Positions 1 through 10,005 are shown, counted from the first letter of the stretch. The stretch: 53,471 nt of DNA from an uncultured virus (IMG/VR IMGVR_UViG_3300005239_000666) (IMGVR_UViG_3300005239_000666); one strand, 5' to 3'. Numbers and translations: made by a program. The notes: a model not told the origin generated them from the sequence alone.

Positions 1-702
1 TAGGAACGATCTAGATAGTTCAAGATTGTTAGCAAACTTTTTACTACAGTGTACTATAGTTTTTGTTTCAAAGTTTATTACTGGCACCATTGGAAAAGCA
101 GCACACATTTTACGATCTATTTCGGCCGCTTGTTTATGTACTTCTTCTACATCGCCTTTAGTTGGTGTTCTACCATTAAATGCTTTGAACATAGTATTTT
201 TATGTTCTAATTTCTTTTTAAATTCTGGATAGTTTGCTATGTATTTAAAGTAATTAGGTGTTTTAAGTACTACGTTATAGTTATTCATATCATTTGGTTC
301 TAGATAGTCATAGTTACCTAATTTCTTTATCTCATCTGGATAAAAATCTAACGTTAAATGTTCTACATATAGAACATCAGGATCCTCTAATATTTCAGGA
401 TATCTTTTTCTTATAAAAGAGTTAGATAAAACTTGGCAAATAAAATTAGGATATTCTTTTACCATTGCAATCACTTCACGCAAGTTTTTAATCAGACCTG
501 GCTCACCACCAAGTAAACATATTCTAGTCTTATAATTCTTTAAACTTTCTAACGTTTCTCTTAAAAAATCTAAATCTACTGTTAAGTTTCTCATTTCTAG
601 AGTATAACTTGTACAGTAGTGACAATCTTTATTACAAGACATTGATAGAAAGAAATCTACAGCTAAGTAGTTTTTTTGTGCATATTCTAGATCAAATTTC
701 AT
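1..702 (-). CDS. radical SAM protein (family A, copy 1), truncated by the window edge
   Basis: Not in the ORF track. ATG at 702 overlaps the TGA of the upstream gene. It reads MKFDLEYAQKNYLAVDFFLSMSCNKDCHYC...LLGGEP, with CxxxCxxC and GGEP motifs, and is near-identical to 4714..5555. Confidence 0.85.
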   Translation of the reverse strand, partial: MKFDLEYAQKNYLAVDFFLSMSCNKDCHYCTSYTLEMRNLTVDLDFLRETLESLKNYKTRICLLGGEPGLIKNLREVIAMVKEYPNFICQVLSNSFIRKRYPEILEDPDVLYVEHLTLDFYPDEIKKLGNYDYLEPNDMNNYNVVLKTPNYFKYIANYPEFKKKLEHKNTMFKAFNGRTPTKGDVEEVHKQAAEIDRKMCAAFPMVPVINFETKTIVHCSKKFANNLELSRSFL

Positions 703-1271
703 ACCCAATTAATTATCTCTTTCTGTTGTGGTTTATTGTCTAAAATAGAAATATTTATGTTATTTCTGTCATTATCTTTATCCATATATCCAAGTGTCAT
801 TACAAATAATAATTGATCCTCACCTTTCATAAATGAAAATAGAGGGTTATCGTTTTCTTTTTCATACATTTTATTAGATAAACATAATACATAAGAAACA
901 TCTAAATTGTTCTCCATGGCAAACATTGTTACCACTTTTGAAAACATACCTATTTCTATATTAGCTTCATCATAAAAATCTCTATAGTATTTAGGATCAC
1001 ATTGAGGATAGTATGCTCCATAATCATCAATTTTCTTTTGTGTCGCAATGTTAGGTTTAGCTAATCTTGTGGTAAATATCAAGACATAAGGTGCTAATAA
1101 ATCCATATTATCTATTCCACCTTTTGTTTCAGAATAACCATTATCAAGCCCTGGACTAGCGGACAATTTAAGCATAAGTTTTTTAGTTTCAATCTTTTCT
1201 GGTCCTAATACGTGTACTTTATACGGTACTAAACCTTGTTTTGAAGCTATACATTCATAAGTTTTACTTAA
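699..1271 (-). CDS. nitroreductase-fold protein, 5' end lost in N-gap
   Basis: The frame stays open upstream of 1175 to the gap (..IASKQGLVPYKVHVLGPEK..). APYVL and EIGMF motifs are shared with the next two genes. Confidence 0.65.
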   Translation of the reverse strand, partial: LSKTYECIASKQGLVPYKVHVLGPEKIETKKLMLKLSASPGLDNGYSETKGGIDNMDLLAPYVLIFTTRLAKPNIATQKKIDDYGAYYPQCDPKYYRDFYDEANIEIGMFSKVVTMFAMENNLDVSYVLCLSNKMYEKENDNPLFSFMKGEDQLLFVMTLGYMDKDNDRNNINISILDNKPQQKEIINWV

Positions 1272-1292
1272 TNNNNNNNNNNNNNNNNNNNN

Positions 1293-2116
1293 TTTTCATT
1301 AACAAAGTTTTTATCACCGGTTAAGTATTCTATCCAATTAATATCTTTGTGTGCTGGTGGTTGATTATTTACATCTACCCAATTTATTATATCTTTATGA
1401 TCTGGTTTCCAATCCATTTTTTCTTGATCAGTTTTTTGCATGAAATTCATTCTGTAAAAATCTCCATGACCTATAGACATTATAACATGTGGTTCTCTAT
1501 TAACATAACTAAAATCTGGCCATCGTTTAGGGTTTTTTGGAAAACAAGATGTAAAAGATATATCTAATCCTTCTTCCATACATAGACCAGTTAATGCGTG
1601 ACAGAATAAACCTACTTCCATTGAAATTAAAGTGGAAATTGATTCTAATTCTGTTTCAATTACTTGTTCAGCAAAGTGACTAGACTCTTGTACACCTAAT
1701 TCCATATAGTCATTATTTTTACAAAGTCTTGTCTCAAAAACTAAAACATATGGAGCGCTTAATATATGTTGATAGTTTCTATTTACTATATGTACTGAAT
1801 CTTTTATTTTACCTTGTGCAAGGGCTCTGTCTTCAATTGCGTGATGATTTCCTACTACTTTACTCCAGAGTTTAAGTTTTTCTTTTTGAAATTTGTCCTC
1901 ACCAGGTTTATCAGGACCTAAAATATTTATTGTATATGGTTGATAGTTTTGTTTAGAAGGAGTTATCTCTAGTGCCATATCAATAAGTTCTTGAATTTTT
2001 TCTTTAGGTGGTATTTTTTTTCTGTCATACAACCAAACTTGTTTTCTTTTATTTAATGTGTGATAAAACTGACTAGCAGTTTCTCTACCCTTTGTTATTA
2101 GTTTTTCTTTACTCAT
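1293..2116 (-). CDS. nitroreductase-fold protein, 3' end at N-gap
   Basis: RKQV..YD and TPSKQNYQPY match the nitroreductase R.S.R.Y and APS..N.QPW motifs; APYVL and SIGHG also present. Likely start is the ATG at 2116, overlapping the upstream stop. Confidence 0.7.
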
Positions 2117-2957
2117 GTATGCCTTTGTTAGTTCCTTCACTAGCTAATGATATTCTTCTTTTTATTTCTTTCTTGTCTTTATCTGATAGTTTTTCTGTTT
2201 CAGATTCATCTTCAACCCAATTTATAATATCTTCATAGCTTGCTTTAGAATCTCTATCCCAATTATTTCTTATTGTGCCATCAGGATTAAATTCTTTGTG
2301 TCTTAAACCATTTTCTTTCATCCATTGCATTTTATAATATTTTCCATATCCAATAGAACATAATAATAGTGGTGTATAATTAACAAAATCTAAATCTTTC
2401 CATTTTTTTAATAATTTTGGAAAACATTGTGTATATGTAATATCAATACCTTTCTCTACCAGTAATCCTGTAAGAGAGGCTACAAATAAACCTACTTCAA
2501 CACTTGTTGCTTGTGCTAAATTTCCTAGTTGTGATTCATATTCTGGTTCACTAAAGTGACCGTCATCAGCAATACATTTTTTATTCCACTCATTTGTTTT
2601 TTCAGGATCAACAACTCTTTGTGTAATAACTATAACATACGGAGCGTTTGATAAATGTTGATATGTTCTATTAACTTTATGTTTTTCTTCTTTTATTTCT
2701 CCGCTTTTAAGTGCTCTAGTTTCTACATTATGATGATTATGCATTGCTTTATGCCACACTTTAAGTTTTTCATCATCAAATTTAGATTCTGGTCCTATTA
2801 TGTGTACTTTGTAAGGATAGTAATTTTGTTTTGATGGTGTCATATGCCAGGCTTTCCATAAACAATCTTCTATGACTTTTTTTTCTGGTATCTTATCCTT
2901 ATGATATTCTATCACATGTTTTCTTTTTTTAAATGTATTATAAATTATTGATTCCAT
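2109..2957 (-). CDS. nitroreductase-fold protein
   Basis: RKHV.EY, TPSKQNYYPY, APYVI, EVGLF and SIGYG motifs; paralog of 1293..2116. Confidence 0.7.
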   Translation of the reverse strand: MESIIYNTFKKRKHVIEYHKDKIPEKKVIEDCLWKAWHMTPSKQNYYPYKVHIIGPESKFDDEKLKVWHKAMHNHHNVETRALKSGEIKEEKHKVNRTYQHLSNAPYVIVITQRVVDPEKTNEWNKKCIADDGHFSEPEYESQLGNLAQATSVEVGLFVASLTGLLVEKGIDITYTQCFPKLLKKWKDLDFVNYTPLLLCSIGYGKYYKMQWMKENGLRHKEFNPDGTIRNNWDRDSKASYEDIINWVEDESETEKLSDKDKKEIKRRISLASEGTNKGIHE

Positions 2958-3702
2958 GTTTATCCATTCTTTTTATCAATTCGTCTGCTATTGCTTTGTG
3001 TCCTTTTTCGTTAGGGTGGGCATCCAATTCAGATACTTTTAGAAGTATATTTTGATCATTTGGATTCACAATATCCAACATATTTTCACCATCTAGATAA
3101 GCAGAAAAAGGCCAATTCATATGGTTATTTATAAGTGGTTTATAACTATCTATTATGTTGGACATTTCTTCTAAATCTTTTTCTTTTGTTCTTATTACAT
3201 CATATGGTACCAAATTGCCTTTTGCAACTCGTCCTAAAAATAAATCTTTTTCAGTAGGTTTTAATCCATTGTACATGTTTTCAAATAAATTACCCATTTG
3301 AAAATGCATATATGGTAAATTGTATCTTTCGCATAGTGTTTGAAAACTTATAAGATTTCTCATAGATTTTTTTGTCATATTTAATAAGTCTCCGTTTTGA
3401 TCAACTCTTAAAGAGTTCCACGTACTATACCAGCCTTCTTGCCAATCTTTTCTGTGACATTGTGTCCATGCAGCTATAACTAAACCTATTTCTTCTTTAG
3501 GAGTTTTTATTATTTCATCTTGCAAAGTGCTATAAATGAAATCGTTACCTTGACCACCTTTAGCTAAACAAACTAGTTCCATGCCTAGATGTTTTGCAAG
3601 GTGTTCAGGCCATTTTGGCCACGAAAAGTCCCACGTAGGGTGACAGATTGACTCAAAAGCCAATTCCGTACAACTATCACCACTAACTATTAATTTTTTC
3701 AT
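2938..3702 (-). CDS. SGNH/GDSL hydrolase-fold protein (acyl esterase or transferase)
   Basis: N-terminal GDS, a GGQGN block and C-terminal DAHPNEKGH. Confidence 0.75.
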   Translation of the reverse strand: MKKLIVSGDSCTELAFESICHPTWDFSWPKWPEHLAKHLGMELVCLAKGGQGNDFIYSTLQDEIIKTPKEEIGLVIAAWTQCHRKDWQEGWYSTWNSLRVDQNGDLLNMTKKSMRNLISFQTLCERYNLPYMHFQMGNLFENMYNGLKPTEKDLFLGRVAKGNLVPYDVIRTKEKDLEEMSNIIDSYKPLINNHMNWPFSAYLDGENMLDIVNPNDQNILLKVSELDAHPNEKGHKAIADELIKRMDKHGINNL

Positions 3703-3991
3703 AGAATAATTTGTTAAATGCTATTTTTAACTTTTGTTTTGGTTCTTCTTTAAAGTTTAAAGGACCGTAATCATATTCAGGCATTAAGTAAGTCTTCTCA
3801 ACGATATACTCATACACTGGTTCATGTTCTTTGTCAATTAATGTTTCATCAAAGATGTCACTAGTACCTAATGCTCTTTTCACCATTTGACAAGTTTTAA
3901 TAAGATTTTGATCAGTTATAGGAACAGGATTTTCGTTACTGTTAATATAACTAATTTGATCTAATTCTGTGTTTGCTATTATTTCAATCAT
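3683..3991 (-). CDS. hypothetical protein (copy 1)
   Basis: 102 aa, overlaps both neighbours, highly similar to 5552..5854. Confidence 0.75.
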   Translation of the reverse strand: MIEIIANTELDQISYINSNENPVPITDQNLIKTCQMVKRALGTSDIFDETLIDKEHEPVYEYIVEKTYLMPEYDYGPLNFKEEPKQKLKIAFNKLFYEKINS

Positions 3992-4334
3992 AGGTTATTT
4001 AATATATTATTACAAGTATCTTTTATTTCCTCATCTGTTAACCACGGATGTATAGGTAAAGTTAATATAGTTTTACTTACTACTTTAGTATTTTTACAGT
4101 TATCACTTCTATGTTCTATATTTTCATACATGGGTCTTTCTGAAATAGGTTTTTCATAATGAACATTAGCTCCTAGTTTACCTTTTATTCTATCTCTTGC
4201 CTCGCCACCTTCAACTGGATCTCCTTCATCAAATCTTATAATGTATTTATGATATGTATGATTCATACCATTAGTTGGTTTATGTACATACACATAGCCA
4301 TCTAATTGTTCATCGTACTTTTTTGCTATGGCTT
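3988..4334 (-). CDS. DegT/DnrJ/EryC1/StrS aminotransferase, C-terminal fragment (copy 1)
   Basis: HTYHKYIIR..VHYEKP..ILTLPIHP matches the C-terminus of 5851..6903; cut by N-gap 4335..4354. Confidence 0.8.
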
Positions 4335-4354
4335 NNNNNNNNNNNNNNNNNNNN

Positions 4355-4717
4355 TATATCAAAAACGATTGCTAATCTTTTATCACAATAATTACCTATT
4401 TCTTCATAAAACTTTTCTGACCTAATACTACCATTTGTTGTTATGGTTACTTTAGATTTTATTGAATTGTCTATTATGTAATATATAATCTTTTTTATAT
4501 CTTTGGCCATCAAAGGATCTCCCCATAAACCACAAAAACTATATTCTTCCATGTCGTCTAAATCATTTATTGGAAAAGCAGTTTGAAACTGTTCTAATGA
4601 CCAAGTATCCAAAGGAAGTAACTTGTGAGTTCCTAATCCGTTAGGATCAGTTCTTCTACATTGTGGGCATTTAATGTTACAAAGATTAGTAACAGAAATA
4701 TCAACTGTTTTCATCAT
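4355..4717 (-). CDS. radical SAM protein, 3' end lost in N-gap
   Basis: TNLCNIKCPQCRR (CxxxCxxC), FCGLWGDP and ITTNG motifs. Confidence 0.85.
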
Positions 4718-5555
4718 ACTTTTAATATATTACTATACTTCTCAATGGGGAAGTGTCCCTTTGGTTGTACATACTCCTTACATGTTACACAATACTTTTC
4801 ATACTTAAATAGTTGAAAGTTCATCATCTTGTCTATGTTTTCTTTTGTCATAGGAAACGATCTAGATAGTTCAAGATTGTTAGCAAACTTTTTACTACAG
4901 TGTACTATAGTTTTTTTTCAAAATCTATAACTGGCACCATAGGAAAAGCAGCACACATTTTACGATCTATTTCAGCCGCCTGTGTGTGTACTTCTTCTAC
5001 ATCACCTTTAGATGGTGTTCTACCGTTAAATGCTTTGAACATAGTATTTTTATGTTCTAATTGTTTTTTAAATTCTGGATAGTTAGCTATGTACTTAAAG
5101 TAATTAGGTGTTTTAAGTACTACATTATAATTATTCATATCATTAGGTGCTAGATAATCATAGTTACCTAGTTTTTTAATTTCATCTGGATAAAAATCTA
5201 GTGTTAAATGTTCTACATATAGTACTTCAGGATCCTCTAATATTTCAGGATATCTTTTTCTTATAAAGGAGTTAGATAAAACTTGAGGAATAAAATTAGG
5301 ATATTCTTTTACCATTGCAATCACTTCACGCAAGTTCTTAATTAAACCTGGCTCTCCACCAAGTAAACATATTCTAACTTTATATTCTTTTAACGCTTCT
5401 AAGGTTGATCTTAAAAAATCTAAATCTACTGTCAAGTTTCTCATTTCTAGAGTATAACTTGTACAATAATGACAATCTTTATTACAAGACATAGATAAAA
5501 AGAAATCTATCGCTAAATAATTTTTTTGTGCGTATGTTAAATCAAATTTTTTCAT
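4714..5555 (-). CDS. radical SAM protein with C-terminal Cys-rich (Twitch/SPASM-like) region (family A, copy 2); one-base homopolymer frameshift near 4911-4918
   Basis: CNKDCHYC and GGEP. Adding one A to the A8 run restores the frame seen in copy 1 (..TIVHCSKKF..YCVTCKEY..) and gives a TGA at 4714 overlapping the next ATG. Confidence 0.85.
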
Positions 5556-5854
5556 ATTTTACTCCAGAATAATTTATTAAATGCTATTTTCATTTTTTGT
5601 TTAGGTCCTTCTTTAAAGTTTAATGGACCGTAGTCATACTCTGGTGTTATATAAGTTTTTTCAACTATATATTCATAAACAGGTTCGTTGTATTCGTTAA
5701 TTAAACTCTCATCAAATATATCACTGGTGCCTAATGCTCTTTTTATCATTTGACAGGTCTTAATAAGATTTTGATCAGTTATAGCAACAGGATTACCATT
5801 ACTATCAATGTAACTGATTTGATCTAAAGTTTGATTTGCTATTATTTCTATCAT
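5552..5854 (-). CDS. hypothetical protein (copy 2)
   Basis: 100 aa with ATGA-type overlaps; paralog or allele of 3683..3991. Confidence 0.75.
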   Translation of the reverse strand: MIEIIANQTLDQISYIDSNGNPVAITDQNLIKTCQMIKRALGTSDIFDESLINEYNEPVYEYIVEKTYITPEYDYGPLNFKEGPKQKMKIAFNKLFWSKI

Positions 5855-6903
5855 AGTGAGGCTAATATTGTATTACATGTGTTATTTATTTCTTCATCTG
5901 TTAAAAAAGGATCAATTGGTAATGTTAAAATTGTATCACTGATATGTTTACAATTAATACAATCATCGCTTCTATGTGATATGTTTTTATACATAGGGCG
6001 TTCAGATATAGGTTTTTCATAGTGTACATTGGCATTTAATCTTTTTTTAACTCTGTTTCTTGTTTCTTTGTCTTCAAATCTGACAATATATTTATGATAC
6101 GTATGATTGACACCATTTGAGGTTGATTGTATAATTATGTCGTCCTTTAGTTGTTCATCATATTTTTTTGCTATTATTTGTTTAGCCTCAACATATTGAT
6201 CTAGTTTTTTTAATCTATAATCAATAAACTTTGCATTAAAGAATAACATTTTAGAGTTGTATCCTAGTATCTCATGGTTACCATGTTTTCTTAGCTTAAT
6301 ACACATATCAGCATAGTCTTTGTTATCTGTCAATACCACACCACCTCCGGCGATCCCACCTATCGTTTTGTTCGCATTAAAACTTATTGTACTTAATTCT
6401 CCTAGAGTACCTGCTTTAACACCGTTAAGACTAGAACCTATGGCCTGAGCTGCGTCTTCTATAAATGATATGTTTTTTTCTTTACAAAATTTTAATATCT
6501 CTGTTATATCTGACATATTACCAAATAAATGTGGATAGACAATTGCTTTTACTTTGTCTGAATACATACGTTTGATACTGTCAAGTGATATATGATAAGT
6601 TTCTTTATCTATATCGCAAAATACAGGAGTTGCACCTACCATAGATATACAAGACGCCGTTGATATCCACGAAAAGTTGGTTGTTATTACTTCATCGCCT
6701 GGTTTTATATCTAGACATTTAAGAGAAAACATTAAAGCGTCTGTGCCGTTTTGACATGCAACGGCATATTTTCTTGGTATTATACTTGTGATTGTTTTTT
6801 CTAGAAACTCTATGTTTTGTTCCTGATTTTCTTTCATGCATTCATCAAAAAGTTTAGTATAGTTCTCTTTGTCTTCAGCGTATTCAAATTTCCATGCGTC
6901 CAT
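5851..6903 (-). CDS. DegT/DnrJ/EryC1/StrS PLP-dependent sugar aminotransferase
   Basis: NGTDAL, PGDEVI, GATPVFCDID, IEDAAQAIG and SFNANK (PLP lysine) motifs. Confidence 0.93.
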   Translation of the reverse strand: MDAWKFEYAEDKENYTKLFDECMKENQEQNIEFLEKTITSIIPRKYAVACQNGTDALMFSLKCLDIKPGDEVITTNFSWISTASCISMVGATPVFCDIDKETYHISLDSIKRMYSDKVKAIVYPHLFGNMSDITEILKFCKEKNISFIEDAAQAIGSSLNGVKAGTLGELSTISFNANKTIGGIAGGGVVLTDNKDYADMCIKLRKHGNHEILGYNSKMLFFNAKFIDYRLKKLDQYVEAKQIIAKKYDEQLKDDIIIQSTSNGVNHTYHKYIVRFEDKETRNRVKKRLNANVHYEKPISERPMYKNISHRSDDCINCKHISDTILTLPIDPFLTDEEINNTCNTILASL

Positions 6904-7277
6904 TATTTCTCCTCTACCACTTTCTTTTCTCCTTTTTCATAATAAGTTTCTACCTTTATCTTATCATTTTTAGCCCTTGCTTGGCAATGGTGTAAGCAAG
7001 TTTGGTTGATTTTTTCTAAATTATCTCCTTTATCTCTAGCCTGGACTAGATCATCTTCAAATTTTTGCCATTGTTTAGTGTCTAGTATATCATCTATACT
7101 TTTATAATCTGTAAGTTTACTAACAGAGTAAATTTCTTTAAATAGTTCACTCTTTGTAGTCTTCGGGTGATCACACCAACAACATGGTAATAAATGACCT
7201 CTATTGTCTATTGCCAAAGGCATTGGCTCAAAGTCTTTGTTGCCTGGATCAGGTAAACACTTAGGATTTATTTTCAT
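6903..7277 (-). CDS. stand-alone SPASM/Twitch-like Fe-S domain protein
   Basis: C..LAIDNRGHLLPCCWC...CLHHC pattern; coupled to the upstream radical SAM gene. Confidence 0.65.
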   Translation of the reverse strand: MKINPKCLPDPGNKDFEPMPLAIDNRGHLLPCCWCDHPKTTKSELFKEIYSVSKLTDYKSIDDILDTKQWQKFEDDLVQARDKGDNLEKINQTCLHHCQARAKNDKIKVETYYEKGEKKVVEEK

Positions 7278-7896
7278 ATACTGCGTTCTTTGATTTTAAT
7301 GCTTTTGTTGGTTTAAAAGGATCATCATCCGATAACCATCTTGATGATTCTACTATTATAAAATTTATTCCGTTATCAGTTGCCATTTTTTTACAAGTTT
7401 CAATATCGTTTTCATTGTATTTAAATCTAATACATTGCCATACAGGTGTACTTAATAAATGTTTAGTCGCCTCTTTCATTATCTCAAACATCTTAACACC
7501 ATCTTGATTCTTTCTATATTTATGACTGTCTTTAGGTAGACCATCACAGGCGAATATCCATACTGCTTTAGGATTTGCCTGCCAAGATTTAATATACCAT
7601 GACATAGGTTTAGCTGTAGCTGCATTATGAACAAACACCTCTGGTACATCTTTTAGTTGAGACATTATATCATTAAATTTAGGGTGGTGTACTGGATCCG
7701 ATAACTGTCCACAAAAGGCAATATCTTTGAAATGTTTTGCTATCATAGTTATCTCAACAGCGCTTAGGTCACGTCCATGAGGTACCAAACCATGATTGGT
7801 AAACGATGTTTGTCTTTGGCAGTTAGGACATTCAAGAGGACATCTATGTGTTACATCTAAATTCAATCTAACTCTTTTTTTAAAATGTCTTTCCAT
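7261..7896 (-). CDS. short radical SAM protein
   Basis: HRCPLECPNCQR, FCGQLSDP and DGLPKDSHKYR motifs. Confidence 0.88.
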   Translation of the reverse strand: MERHFKKRVRLNLDVTHRCPLECPNCQRQTSFTNHGLVPHGRDLSAVEITMIAKHFKDIAFCGQLSDPVHHPKFNDIMSQLKDVPEVFVHNAATAKPMSWYIKSWQANPKAVWIFACDGLPKDSHKYRKNQDGVKMFEIMKEATKHLLSTPVWQCIRFKYNENDIETCKKMATDNGINFIIVESSRWLSDDDPFKPTKALKSKNAVYENKS

Positions 7897-8279
7897 TATT
7901 TTGTATCCTTCTTTAATTCTTTTCCGTTTCTATATGTGGTTTCTACTTTTATCTTATCTTCTTTTTCTCTTATTTTACAGTGATGAATACAAACGCCATT
8001 GATTTTATTTAGATTATCTCCTACGTCTCTGGCCCTTACTAAATCATTTTCAAATTCTTTCCACTCTGGTTGATCCATTAATTGTTCAACTGTATCAAAA
8101 TTTTCAAGTTTACTTACGTCATATATTTTTTTAAATCTTTCACTATTAGTAACTGCCCTTTCGTCACACCAACAACAAGGTAATATGTAACCTCTATTGT
8201 TTATTGCCAATGGCATAGATATGTAATTAGGGTCGTCTGGATTAGGAAGACAACGAGGTCTTAACTTAATATTCTTCAT
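7896..8279 (-). CDS. stand-alone SPASM/Twitch-like Fe-S domain protein
   Basis: C..LAINNRGYILPCCWC...CIHHC; paralog of 6903..7277. Confidence 0.65.
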   Translation of the reverse strand: MKNIKLRPRCLPNPDDPNYISMPLAINNRGYILPCCWCDERAVTNSERFKKIYDVSKLENFDTVEQLMDQPEWKEFENDLVRARDVGDNLNKINGVCIHHCKIREKEDKIKVETTYRNGKELKKDTK

Positions 8280-8931
8280 ACAATCTCCTGTTAGGCAACT
8301 TATCTGCTAATGTTTGTTTATACTTACCTGTCGGTCTAAATGGATCAGGTTTTCCGTCTTTGTCTTTCCATCTGGAAGATTGTGTTAATAGAAAATCTAT
8401 TCCGTTATTATTGGCCATACTCTTAGCTTCTTCTATATCATTTTCGTTATAGTTAAATATTATGTATTGCCATATCGGTATTACTTTTAAATGTTTAACA
8501 GATTCTTTCATTATTTCAAACATTTTCTCCCCATCTTGGTTTTTTCTATACTTGTGGCTATCTTTTGGTAAACCGTCACACGCAAAAGTCCATAAAGCAT
8601 TTGGATTTGCTTTCCAACATTTGATGTACCATGACATAGGTTTTGCTGAAGAAGCATTGTGTACTAAAACTTCCGGTATTTTAAGATCATTTAATCTTTG
8701 TAATATTTGAGGAAATTTAGGGTGATGTATAGGATCAGATAACTGACCACAAAAAGTAAAAGACTTAAAGTGTATTGCTAGTTTTTCTATTTCTATCATA
8801 GTTAAATCACGGCCATGTGGTACTTTACCTTTAAATGTAAAAGCAGTTTGTCTTTGACAATTAGGACATTCTAAAGGACATCTATGGGAAGAGTCTACAT
8901 TTATTGTTGTTCTAGTTTTAAAGTATGTCAT
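8266..8931 (-). CDS. short radical SAM protein
   Basis: HRCPLECPNCQR, FCGQLSDP and DGLPKDSHKYR; paralog of 7261..7896. Confidence 0.88.
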   Translation of the reverse strand: MTYFKTRTTINVDSSHRCPLECPNCQRQTAFTFKGKVPHGRDLTMIEIEKLAIHFKSFTFCGQLSDPIHHPKFPQILQRLNDLKIPEVLVHNASSAKPMSWYIKCWKANPNALWTFACDGLPKDSHKYRKNQDGEKMFEIMKESVKHLKVIPIWQYIIFNYNENDIEEAKSMANNNGIDFLLTQSSRWKDKDGKPDPFRPTGKYKQTLADKLPNRRLYEEY

Positions 8932-9787
8932 TCATTGCCTTTATAATAACTTCTATATTTGGTTTATTAGCAGGATCAGTAAGACAGTATGCCGGTCTTT
9001 TATAATAAACTGGTCCTGCGTCTTTAATATTTTTATCTCTTGCATATATAAAATTCATTCCGAAGAAACGACACTCTTGCATTAATCTTGGTGCCGGATC
9101 AAATGTGTGTTTAGTATAAACGTAAGTATCAAACATACCTAGTAAATTTTTTACAGGTACAAATACATGATTTAAATTATGGTCTATGTACTTGTCTTTA
9201 TATGCCAAGATACCATGATTTTGGTACTTGTGAATATGTTTCTTTAGTTCAGTATAATAACTTTCGTTTGTACCTAAAAACAAATATTTAAACTTAACGT
9301 CTCTGACTATAGGTTTATATACACTATAGTTAATAATCTTTTCAAATTGTCTACCTATGCCATTAACATATACCTCATGGTCGCATAAGTCAATTACTTT
9401 TTCTGGTTTAAAAAACTCTAGTGCTAAAGGATATTCTTTAGGATGGTTTTCTGAATATACTGATATAAGAGGTTTCTTAAATAACAAACGTAAAGTTAAT
9501 TGTGTATCTTTATCATAATCTTTGATACTCTTATATGCTAGAGTTATCATACTTCTACCCATAATTAAATTTACATCAGCTTCTTCATAATCAAAATATA
9601 CATTTTTCATATGTATATACTTTTCTGTTAAAGCTTCAATGTATGTTTCTTTGGTAAATTTGTAGTGAGGTATAATTATAAGTTTTGCGTTGATACCTAG
9701 ATCATTTAGATATTGTACTTGTTCAAAGCTATAATGCATTAATCCGTCACCTGGTTTACTAGTCACCACTATATTCAATCTCATCAT
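8918..9787 (-). CDS. hypothetical protein, possibly a GT-B glycosyltransferase-like fold
   Basis: Long ORF and first gene of the leftward operon. C-terminal DPAPRLMQECRFFG resembles the GT-B E...G motif. Start reassigned to the ATG at 9787, 5 nt after TATAAATA. Confidence 0.55.
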   Translation of the reverse strand: MMRLNIVVTSKPGDGLMHYSFEQVQYLNDLGINAKLIIIPHYKFTKETYIEALTEKYIHMKNVYFDYEEADVNLIMGRSMITLAYKSIKDYDKDTQLTLRLLFKKPLISVYSENHPKEYPLALEFFKPEKVIDLCDHEVYVNGIGRQFEKIINYSVYKPIVRDVKFKYLFLGTNESYYTELKKHIHKYQNHGILAYKDKYIDHNLNHVFVPVKNLLGMFDTYVYTKHTFDPAPRLMQECRFFGMNFIYARDKNIKDAGPVYYKRPAYCLTDPANKPNIEVIIKAMNDIL

Positions 9788-9792
9788 ACGCA

Positions 9793-9813
9793 TATTTATA
9801 AGACTTATAAATA
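9793..9813. promoter_or_regulatory. back-to-back divergent T4 late promoters: TATAAATA at 9793..9800 (-) and 9806..9813 (+)
   Basis: Two exact consensus matches at the divergence point of the two operons; gp55 is encoded in the window. Confidence 0.8.
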
Positions 9814-9834
9814 GCTATATAACATGGAGGCTAT

Positions 9835-10005
9835 ATGACTATAAAACAAAAACACAAAGACCTAAAAAAACAAGTTAAAGAAGCTGAAGTAAAAAGAGAA
9901 ACTAAACGTGGTTCAAGAAGTTGGACAGATTTACGTACATTAAAAAAATTAAAACTAAAAATGAAAGATAAGTTAAGATTATCTAAAAAAAGAATGAGTT
10001 TATGA
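9835..10005 (+). CDS. small basic coiled-coil protein (YdcH/DUF465-like), 56 aa
   Basis: Not in the ORF track. GGAGG SD, then MTIKQKHKDLKKQV...LRTLKKLKLKMKDKLRL; ATGA overlap with the next gene. Confidence 0.7.
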   Translation: MTIKQKHKDLKKQVKEAEVKRETKRGSRSWTDLRTLKKLKLKMKDKLRLSKKRMSL

